Shown here: in pieces, positions 34,901 through 46,900 of the stretch
Layout: each line of letters begins with the position of its first letter
Position numbering within the stretch: the first letter of the stretch is position 1
Position numbers and translations under genes: made by a program
The notes under the pieces: model-generated
What the model was told of the DNA's origin: nothing
Databases searched by the model: none
The model's input: only the letters and a program-made list of their open reading frames with translations
DNA from: Fimbriosthenelais zetlandica
Taxonomy: Eukaryota
Length of the DNA: 64,000 nt
Assembly: GCA_977030845.1 (NCBI GenBank)
Contig: OZ365110.1
Span: 35,650,001 to 35,714,000, forward strand
Direction: 5' to 3'

Positions 34901-37900
34901 CTTCCGACCTCCGAAGTTTAAAAATCGCCACGGTGTGGGCCCGACATTATAGCCTAACCCGAATCACCATGTGAAGCAGTACTTTATTTCCACTTGTCAA
35001 AAGTTTAATTACATTGGTGACGACTTGAGCCCCCACTTCCTCCACGGCCCATAAAGTGACATGTTTATTTGAATAAAGCTAGGAACAGTCTTAAGCATCA
35101 CTTACTTTGCAGAATATCAACATCTGTCAAAGGTATTTCGAAATCTGAAGTAGAACATTAAGGCCTTTCAGTAAAACATAAAATATAACATAATGTAAGT
35201 TCTTTCCAAACATTTTCCTGCTCTACAGGAAGGAAAATCTATATCTGAAAAGAGAGAGATATGACCTGACGCAGACTTCTCTCGCCTTTACCAAAGATAT
35301 ATTTCCCTATACTTCTTACAGAAGTGTTAGCACTGCTGTTGCTTGGGAAGATGAATAGCAGACACTATAGGAGCTTTATGATAGTATAGACTGAGACTGT
35401 TTTTTCACTATGTGAACAGTTCACAGTATCCCTAGAGATCGTCCCTGCAGGATAGGGAAAAAGGCCCCTTGGATAGAAATGTGATAAAAGCACTGGAAAT
35501 ATGTGCACTAGAGCTAAATGATAACAGAGCTTCTAGATGATTAAACTGAATGTTAAACCAGGCTTCCCTACCCACTGGACTTTCGTTAGGCTATTTTCAA
35601 ATGAACTCCAGTAACGTTACTTTCTCAGCTTCAGTTTATTTCGTATACCTATTGGAGATGAACAGGGCTCAAATTTTAAATTTTAAATTTTGTTTTATAA
35701 CTGAATAAATACTAACTTTGTGTGTTATCTGTTGCTAGTATAAGCAGTATTCTGATATCATTTGGATATAAAGCAATTAAGTTCATACAAAATACTACCC
35801 ATAACCAATATTGATCCAATGTCCTTCAAAGAAAGCTGTGGTCTTATATCCCATTTCAATCAAATTTGTCTTATCTGAGAGTCAATGTTTATCTTTGTCC
35901 CTTCCCTTCCAATATCTCTGTCATCATGATTCATGATCTTAGTTTAACAAACACATCAGATACTACCAAAGATTATGCTTGAGACATCTGCTCGCTAGAC
36001 TTCTAGTCTCAATATATGGTCAGCTTCGACCATGACATAATCTTAGTAGAAGCAGGGTCGTATATTTCGCTCAGGCCTTATCGATGGGCTGGCTGCCATC
36101 ATGGCTGAAGCAGAGCACCTTCCTGGCGCCTCTCCATCCACGCGTCACCCTTTTCTATTTATTTTGGACATCAGGTACATTTTGCACGTGATGCTGAAAC
36201 AGACTCTGTGAAGAATGATAATTTCAAAGCTCTTTGAAGCTTTCGGAATAATAATATTTATGAATAATAATTTTCATCCACATTCAAGTTTTTAGGCTTA
36301 TTTTGTCCTGACAGAACTGGAACTTGAACGCCAGTTTCTTCAGGATCTATGATACCCTTCCCTGTCTCCATGGACAGCTTATCTTTTGCCTTGGATGTAT
36401 GCATACACCCATTGAGACTGATAATACGTCCATTGATGCTCATCATGTACCCATACGTGTTGTGTTTTCACTAAATGAGTCTAAAGTCGCACAGGGCCAT
36501 TCAGCTCTACAGGCCTGAAAGTTTAGTACACGACCTTGAGTTTGAAAAGACATTTTATTAACCATTCCTTGTTGCCAAGTATTTGTCTTAGCATTTTCGC
36601 ATTAAAAGCAAGTATATACAAAATTTTACTATTCTTGTGAATGAAATCGAGAAAAGTTCACCTTTGTCCGTGTTTTCTCTTCATTTCGTGAGATTTTGTT
36701 AAAATATAAATATTTATCCCCTTGTGCTCGTGATCTGCTCTATAAGGAACTGCAACTAACTCAAAATTCATTTTTTGCGACTTCAGACTTTAGTGAAAAC
36801 ACATCACATATATATGTACACTCATCTTTGACGTGTGGAGACTGATTTCTACACCTCTCTCTATAAGCCTTGTATGTGACTATGTTTATCTGCGCTTCTA
36901 TGTAAGACAGAGTGCATTTCTTAGCTAACATTGTTAGCCCCCCGGTCTTTATATGATTATGGTTTTGACCTTGGTGTTGGATTACCCACAGGCATCAAGA
37001 GAATATGAGGGGATCTCTCTCTCCCTCTCCCTCGCTTCCTGTCCCTCTCTCTCTATCTCTCTGTCCCTCCCTTCTCTCTCTCCCCCTCATCATCCCCCTC
37101 TCTCTTCATATCCCTCTCTCATTCTCGACTCATTCTCCTGCCTTCTTCCTTGCATGTCTCTGGTAGGAGAGAATAGTTCTTCAGGGCTATATCCATTACC
37201 TCTACATAACACACCGAACCTCCTAAAACATCTTATTGACAGACCTATACAGCAGGAGGTTTCCCTGCTTACTTCTTAGCCCACAAACCTTTTTCAAGCG
37301 ATTGCACCTTCTTATAGTGTGTTATTCATAAGAAGTCATTCCCAGTTGAGTGTCCAATACTGTCTGTCTGGAAGAAATAATGAACATAGTTATTGATTTA
37401 CATATCTGCACAGTATTTAGATATAGAACAGTTGTCAAGTCAATCATCAGAGTATTGTATGTGTATGTACACGCAGGTCTTTTCAATCACCATATGTGAC
37501 GTGTTTTCATGGAATCAGTCTAAAGTCGCAAAATGGATTTTGAATTAGTTGCAGATTCGTATAGAGCAGATTAAATTTCAGTCACAAAAATAGTAGAAAT
37601 ATCGTATCCTTGCTTTTATTGCGAGAACTCTTTCAGGCCTGTAGCTCTGATTGGCCCAGTGCGACTTTAGACTCATTTCATGAAAACACGTCACATATAG
37701 ACTTGTATACTGAAGACGTGTCTGACAATGAGGTAATGCTGTGTATGCAACCTCAGCAGGGGGAATCAATAGACTATGTGTCATCACTTTTATACCCTAG
37801 TCCCCTAAGTAGGCATGAAAGGAGCTCAGTTCTCTTTTTTATCTTCTCTGCCAGAAGAGATGACCAGAAAGGCTGCGGTAATGCCTTAAGACCTCATATG

Positions 37901-40900
37901 GCCCCAGTTCGTGTCTTGGCCAAGGAGGGATAAGGAAGGAGGGCGTGGGGAGGAACTAGGGGAAGAATCCAAGGCTGGCCCTATACCCTGGGTTAATTTC
38001 CTCTGTCTACAGCGTATCGTTATGGCTTCCCTATATTGAAATCCAAGACTGGTGAAAACAGTGATCAGGGGAATTGAGTTTCAGGGCAAATAAGGCCTGG
38101 AGTGATGTTAGTTTGCAGACATTTTATACTGGCCGTGGGTCGGTGAACTCTTCACATTTTATAATCCACTGTCACCATTGGAACCTTCCGGTGGCTCGTT
38201 TGACAAATTGCAGGAAGCTTCCAATTACTAGTGGAGTCATCGGATATACTAGCTGAAAAAATAATATGTATCTTTCAAGCCATGAAGAAGCTGACAGCAT
38301 AAATACGAACACATACTGACATTTCGATCATATTACTGTAAAGGCAAACAAAAAGTCTGAATGCCAAGATATACCTGAGTATATTGGTTCTTGACATACT
38401 ATTTCTAATAAGTCGCCATTGGCCGCTTTTTCCAGAATCTGTCAATAGAAGAATGATCTACTCTGAAATTGAGCTTGGGTGCAACAACATCTTTATTCCA
38501 CTCTGCCTACCAGAGCTGATGGTTGTCAAGAACTGTTGGCAATTTCTGCCCTATAACTAGGGGCATTACATATCATTTCAGGTCCGGCTGAGCAGAGCCG
38601 TGCCACCCATGTCAGGTGGCACGCCAGTATATGATACTAGAACTAATAAGTTCTTTGCTCACTTGTTTTGGTGTTTATATAGATGTTGCTCGGATATACT
38701 TGTATAGTAAACAGGGTATAATTTTACGTAATTTACGTATACGTATTAATTTGATGTATTTGCGATACAAAATCAAATTGCCATCGCAATTTTTTGCGAT
38801 ACATGTTATCTGTATTCTTCAGGTGGCAAAAGTCAAATTGTGATGCAAATTTGCATGATCGGATTCTGATTGCGATGCAAAATCAACTTGCATAGCAAAA
38901 ATTGCTATGCAATGTTTTCAAATCAAATTATACCCTGGTAAATGTGAACCAGCATGCTAAGACATGCCAGGACATCTTCCCATGTCACAATAAGCCTGGA
39001 CCAGCTGTATTACAATACCAATTACCAATTACAATATATAACCACTGATAAGGTGAAGGAGGTGAAAGACTTTGTTTTCGCCACTCCTTCCTCTCACCTC
39101 ATTCCACCTCTCAACCAAGCTCCCAGGGCAGGCTTCCAGGGGAATGTTGATGTTGTCTCCCATGTGAGTGTTGACCCAGGGGCTCTGGATTTAATTGAAT
39201 TCTGGTATTCTCTGTAACGCTGCCTAATGCAACTATCAAACCCTGGTGAGCCTGGTCTGTACCATTGGGACAATGGCCTTCGTGTAATACTTTTGCTCTC
39301 TCTGAACAGTTATGAAAGCTAAAAAAAGTGTATGGATTCAATTTTATAATATGTGATGTGTTTTCACTAAATGAGTCTAAAGTCGCACAGGGTCATTCAG
39401 CCTGAAGACAAAAGCTCTATTTATTTCGCTTAGCATTTCCACATTAAAAGCAGTAAACAATGTTTTGACTAAGTACTTCTGTAAATGAAATTGAGAAAAG
39501 TTCAACTTTGTGCCTGTTGTTCCTTCAAGATTTCTACCAGTTCTCTAGTTTCCACTGTCACTACTTTTATTTTTTGAAATTTTTTGCTATACATCACTGG
39601 AACTCTCGTGATCTGCTCTATACGAATGTGCAACTAACTCAAAATCTATTTTTTGCGACTTTGGACTCATTTAGTGAAAACACGTCACATATAGAACCAG
39701 GATATATTTTATGGATACAAAATCCCAGCTAAATGGTTTCCTCCAGCTATAGAAGCTTGAAACTTATACGCAAACCATTGCCTACGATCCTGTAGTATAG
39801 CATTGTGCGGTATGCCTATTTAAAAGAAACTATATACCCAATGTGTTAACTTATTAAAGGAACATCTGCCCTGGGGATGGCACGCAGCAAGTCTTACATT
39901 GAAGGAACGCACCATACAATGGAGCTTTTAGCACCACTCCATGGGTGTCTATAAATATTAATACATGCCTTCCTCCTCTCTCTATAGCCATAGCTCCATG
40001 TTTCAACATGTATGACACGGAGTCTTCCATGTATGCTTTATCTGGCTGTGTGAATGGAGCCTTTTTTACATGCTTATTTATGTACAAGGCATAAGTCAGT
40101 GAAGGACCTAATGCATGTGGGTCGTTCTCTGCCTGACTAGACCACAGTCTTTAAGTAGGCCTATCTGCTGACGTGGGACACCATTCATAGCTCCTTACCT
40201 CGGATTTTTCTTTAAGAATTAGGTAAGAATCAAGTCCACTGATCTATTAATGTTAACAGAAACATCTAATCGATCATGCGATGTATTTATAATGTATTTT
40301 ACCAATATTTTCAATATAAACTGAATGTTGATATTGCACTTTATATCCACTACCAGGTATTGCACAGTTACCTGTAGCCTACTTTTCCGATAAGATTACC
40401 AGCTACCTAATATTGACCTGGTTCGAATATTTATAAAATTTAACATCTTGCATGCTTTTGGAAAGGATGCCTTAGAATTGACAAATCCCAGAAACTCGTG
40501 TTGCTAAGAAACCACCTTACATTTAATTCACGTGCTTTTAATCGGGTTTTACCTGAGGCCTGTTTCATGACTAAAATACCTCATCCATTAGCCTTATAGC
40601 ACTGGCATTAAAATGGTACATAGTCTTGTGAATTGTATCCCGGTTCTGTGTCCGTAAGATGATGCACCTTCTTACAAAGGTTTTTCCTATGTATCTCATA
40701 AAATATGGCATTCACGGGGTAAGAATATGATTGTGTGCCTATCATAAATATGGCCATGTCCAGGCCAAAGGGCATGACTGCGGCCCCATACAAAGGAGAA
40801 AGACTAACTTAAGAGCGCTGAGGTCCTTTGTACTGATTGCCTTTTTGATCAGCCAGTGGGTTCTGGTTATAGAATGGTTGTTATTAGTTGTATTAACTGT

Positions 40901-43900
40901 AGCATGTAGGGGAGCATTGTCAGTGTTATTTAGCTCTAGCCTTATTCACTTCATTAACCTCAGTCCTCCCACTGGAGAGCTCTGATATTGATTGGCAATT
41001 TTCACCCGTCCCCAGATGAGCACCTGGCCGTTTAAGCCAAGAGTAGGCTTTGGGGAAACATGCATCAAGCTTGGACACAATGAGTCGATGGTTGGGGACC
41101 TCTCCTTCAAATGATAACTGTCCTGGAACAAAAAATCATCGCAATCTCTCATGTCCTGTCGATCGTACTGCAGCTAACGTCCATTTAGTAAATTTTACTC
41201 TGAAATGCATTCAAGGTTCTGGAGAAAATGTCTTGCTTAATGATTGCTTTCCTAATGTTTAGCAGATTAGTTTCTTTGCAACTGCCAAATTGATTCTACA
41301 TTTCCCAGATATTAAGTACCCTAATATAGCTATGCCGATAGAATTACTTGCTATGTGTAAATTTAATTATTTCTGATTGGCATTTTGCAACCAATAGGGA
41401 CAGCATTTCCTCAACCTCATTCCAGGCAGTCTGAGGCTTTTAACACCCACTTAGTAGGTGTTATGGTTGGAATCAGCTCAGAAACAGTGAGAGTGAAGAC
41501 TGCTTCAGGCCCGGTCTTGAGGACATCATGCTACATTATCTGGACTTGTCAATTACGATAATCACAGTTCCTCACTTTACAGTGCCCCAGGTTATAGCCT
41601 AGATGTGTACTAATAGATATTAACAGAGACAAAGCTTTACAGAGTGTTAAGATGGGTGCTCATTACTTGGAAAGTGAGAAGACGAATGTTTCTTACTTAG
41701 AGATATATGGCTACAATTAATAACATTGTCACCCAGACGCCTGTAGTGTATGCCTTCACAGCCTACCATTACTCATATTGTCGGGAAAATATGAATTTTT
41801 TATTGAGAAGGAATGACTGATTTCTCTGAAGACGATTAGATGTCACATGAAAATATCTTTGGTAATGGGGTTAATTTAAGTTCGATAGACCATGTGTTGA
41901 AAATGAAAATGAAATAATGGAGTTAAACGTAATTGAAGATAACTGATTTATCATTAAAATATTAATAATTGCATGGAAATTCCTTGGAATTCCATCGTCG
42001 GGATATTAATAATATCTGAACCATTTTCATTGTACAGGATTATAGAAAAGATAAATGTCTTCCCATTTACGATCTAATGGAATTGTTCTGGGTATCCTTA
42101 AGAGACCAATTGTAAGGCTTTTCACTTGAAGCATTGAAATACAAGTAAGCCTTTTACTGGACTGTAAGAAGGGGTCCTAATGTGCAATTGTTCATCAGTG
42201 AATGGGCCACCCACGAGCCGTGTCCTAGCTTGGGAAGGCGTGCAAATCCATCACAATATGGAGACTACTGCTGTACAGAAATGTCCCCTACACTACTGAA
42301 TGTCATGTCTGTGACAGTAAAGAATCTATAGGCCAAAGCGGATGGAAATGCCTCAGACATATTCGTCTCAATTTAGACAGTTGACACCAATTTCATGTAG
42401 TATGTAGACAGCGTCGCTATGGTAACCCGATTTAAGAGGGCTTTAAAGTAGCATGAATCAGCGTTTCTAACGCCGGTCGTCTTAGCTCGTGACGTCTCCG
42501 CCTCCTCCTCTGACGTCATTGTGTATGGGTTTCCGGTTCCGTCTGTGTTTCAGACAAACATGGCTCCCTCAGATGGACCTTGTCTGCCTGGGATTTTGAC
42601 TTGAATATAAAGTGACACATTTTATATAAATGTCATAATAACCCGGCTCTGAATGGTGAAATACATTTATCAGCATTCTTTATTCAAACAAGCTATTATA
42701 GGTCCAATTTAATTTTTCTCTATCTGAATTGAATGGTCTGAGTTGCAGCCAGTTCATTTTTGGCCAGATGCCCAGCCATGGATGGCTTCAATATGCATAA
42801 GTTATTATTGTTTAAATCCCAATTAGCCTCTCTGACTCTGGTTGCACTTTTCAGGCTCCCAACATTTCATGATATCACTGTAATAATTGACCAATTTCCT
42901 CCAAACCCCTAACAAGGCAAAATGTAGTTAAATGTAATTACCCCAAACGCTTGCTGTGGCTTGGTGAGGAAAGTGCTCACTCGACAAAAATGCATCATTA
43001 GTTTGTACTTCAGTGATGTGAAAGATTCAACACCCAACGGTTTTTCGTCTGCCAAAAGGTTATACAATTGTTATAGAAGATATGCTTTGAGCTGTGCAAT
43101 ACATTGACTACTCTTACCTCTGCCAGCGTTTGGATAGCTAGTCTAATTTTCCTTCAAAAGATAAAAACCCTACCTTTGATAATCTTTAAAGTATCGTGAC
43201 TCATTAAATTAGCCTACACTGACATGGAAGTCCCATGTGTATTTTAGGGTGCTTAGGGGGGCTTCAGAAGATATTATCTTCATTGGAAACCACCACAGAT
43301 TATAACGGACACTCACAGCTGGGACCCGGCTATAGTACAGATGAGCGTTTTACCTCAATTTATTAGACTGCCATTGAATCAGAATTCCCCACGTATCATC
43401 CACTGGCATAACCAAGCATATAATTTCCACGAAATCGATATCCCTAGTTTGTTTGCACAATTGCTTGATCTATCCACGATCCTTATTTCAGCTGTGGTTT
43501 AAACCTGTAGAATTATAATAAAGTATAATATTCACGATGCATTAGCAATATCTAGGCTAGCGCTAACGTTTATTTCTTTAGCCACATTGGCAAAACCACC
43601 CCAAACAATTTTAGCCGCATTGAGTTTCTTTTTGCCACTGAAAATTTTGCCATTTTGCCATTTTCAGAGGTCAATATTCATAATTTTTGGAACGTTCATT
43701 TAATCAATGATCAACGCAAAATTGCCAATATTTATATATTTTTATTTAGAAATGGAGAAATTATATATACTGAAAGATACTAAATTGCACACAATGATTG
43801 CAAATATAACAAAGGTAATAACATTATGTTAAAAAATATATTTTTCCTTTAGCTTTTTGCTATGTGGTGAATACTTAGCGCTAGCCCAGAATATGCTGTT

Positions 43901-46900
43901 AATTCCCTCCAAGTGTCCCTATTACGCTATATTTAAGATCTCATACATATATATATGATAGGGGAAGCGAATGCTGCTATGATCTTCACCCTATCACACA
44001 CGTTGTAGATTGCAATGAAAAGCCTCTGTCTTTAGGGGAATCGGAGTCAATTAATGCTGCTCCTCTGCCTCATAGACTCTGAATCCCTCTCGTCATATGC
44101 CTTCAGGCATCAGGCATGAATATTTCATCTTAGCCAATAACGAGTTCCTAGTTAGAGACTGCCACTGGTTCTGTATGTGACTTCATTGATTTGTCCCCAG
44201 CCACGAGTCCTTCATTCTGGTCATGAGCCTGAGATTTAAAATGAGTCCCGGTGGGAACTTTTAAAAAAGATTGTTAGAAATGCTGGCAAATTTCCTTCTG
44301 AGCAAATAAACCAGCATTCGCAAGTCGAAGATGTGATTGATTTGTGTAAGGTGTCTTGGGGCCTCCTATAAGGTATAAAACTATAGCAGTACATCGCCTA
44401 TTAATCTGGGCTAGTGCTAAGTATTCGCTACATAGCAAAAGGCAAAAGGAAACTGCCTGTGGCGAAAAAATATTTCATTCTATCGCCATTGTAGCGAAAC
44501 AACTTGAAAAGTATTTTTCTTTATATCATTTTATTTCCTTTGTTATATTTGCTTTCATTGTGTGCAATTTATATATACTTACTACAGTATACTTTTTCCA
44601 TTGATAAATTAAAATAAATTAGAAATATTGCCATTTTTGCGTTGATCATTGATTATGGACGTTGGACGTTCCAAAAATGATGAATATTGACCTCTGAAAA
44701 TGGATAGTTTCTGTTGCTACAAGAAACTCAATGTGGCTAAAAATATTTTGGGTCCTTTAGCCACTGTGGCTAAAGAAAGAAAACGTTAGCACTAGCCCAG
44801 CGAATCATCTATTCCTGTGATTAAACTATCCGCTGGTAATTTCCTAATGATCTACTGATACCATGATCAATATGCATGACCTTGTTGTCTTATTCTACCC
44901 CTGATCATGTCCAATTCTTATCGATCTGTGATGGCAACAATTGATAGGAACCCCCTACACTATGCCGGGGACATCCCATCCCATCACTCAGCCTGATCAG
45001 TTACTTCAGACATAGAGTATCTGATATCACAGAAATAGCTCTATATAATCTACGCTCTGGAGAGGTATCTGTATTTTGCCTGTTGGAAGTTGGAGGAAAA
45101 ACTCTACCAGCCCATGCAGAGCAGAGCATAGCGAAGCCCAGGCTTACGTGCTGGCTACTTTCAATCACTTATCTATGGTGATGTCGTATGTAAAACTTTC
45201 CCAGCAGGGGTCTCTATATATATTCCTTCCTTTCAAGGCAGTAATCATCCTGATATGTTCGTAAAGGCAGTGTGTTCTGCGCCTTAGGCCCATTCATCAA
45301 TGCAGCCACATCGACTCCAATATCCATGGCCTGCAATGCCTTAGGAAATACCACTCTGTACATATTGACTTCTGTTTCAAGGTTTGGATCCTAAGTTCTC
45401 AGCATCAGTGATTTTCTGTCTGTTTTAGGTCATGGAATCTTAATATTAACTTGCAGGGTTCCCAGTTAGTCTGGAAATCGGGGAAAACCTGGAAAATGAG
45501 TTTCAAAAACTGGAAAAATCAGGAGGGTGACGCGTACAATCCCATGCCTGTCACTGCAGTTCAGAGTGCTTTATGGGACTTAAATATCACCTGGAATTTA
45601 TGGGATTTACTCATCGAAAAATCAGGGAAAACTCAGGGAATTCTGTTTTCATGAACTGCTGGGAACACTGTATTTGCTGGGACAGCGACCTAAATCAAAT
45701 GATTATCCAGAAATGAAAAAATAATTTAATACTGGTCTCGAAATTACAAATGCAAGTTGGTTCTTAGCTTTTAATATTAGCTCATGAAGTGTCTATTAAT
45801 TGGCCATGATTCTGTTCTTACCCAGAAATTGCAGTCAGCATCAGTCCCTGCAGCGCTAACAAAGGCCACGCTACTTAACCATGCTATTTGATGTTCCAGA
45901 TGGATGGTCAGCTACATCTATCACATCCCTGGCAATTTATGACTATAGCCTCCTCCTGCCTGACCAGCTCTGTGTTTGCTGGCAAAATAAAGCATCAAGC
46001 GAACAATATGTATTACACTGTACCCTGTCCTTGCTGCCTCCACCCACCACCACCCTCTCTCATTATGGCCATGTGTATGATCAATGATAGCCGTGAACAG
46101 TCATGGCTTCGGCTTTTAGCAGAGTATCTAGATCTATTAAATTCAATTTCTGACTTAAGCCTGCAACACATTAATCCGATTCTCCAATCCGTCGTCATCC
46201 GAAACTCCATATCGAATGGCATCAAATGATTGAAATTTTGTCAGTAGCTAGGTGTAAAGGTCTGCTCAAATTACAAGCATTTGGTGTGAATAGATATATA
46301 GTTTCGGACAGCTATCGGATGGAGCCGGATAGAGAATCGGATTAGTGTGCTCCAGGCTTTAGATGGATATTGTGATAGGGATTATCACTGGTTTTATCAG
46401 AAGCCATGCATGGGTTCCTTTCCACTGAAGCCCTTTGTATTTGACATCTTCCTGATTTCGATTCCTTTTGGACTCTCTTCCCTGTCCCTTTATGTTTCTC
46501 TTTTATTCCCATTCTTCATCATCGAATAATAAGATTCTGTCTAGATATTTGTATTATAATGTTCCAACATATGTTCAACCTTTATATCTCTGTGCCTTAA
46601 TGTAGACATATACATTCGGTATAATCATCTTACTTCATTTTCTCCCTTCATTTCCAGGAGTCCCTCAAAGATGAAAAAGCATAGCAAACCAAGTTTCAAG
46701 TTCCCCAAGAAGGAAAAATTTATCAAACCAAAAGAAAAGGTGAGTTGTTCTTTTTGCGTGTCTTCCTCGAGTCCTTTTCATTTCATTTTTTTCACATTCC
46801 GGGGAGGAATGATTTCTCCTGATGTGGAATCTTTTAGGAACGTGCTGCTCCTCAAGGAGGTGGTAATAAAAAAGTCAATAGTGTATAGATGCTTTTTTAT

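Noticed and set aside
45881-46229. 113-aa and 70-aa ORFs near the end of the giant intron
   Set aside because: Partly overlap a TIR element; no transposase motifs or compatible splice sites.
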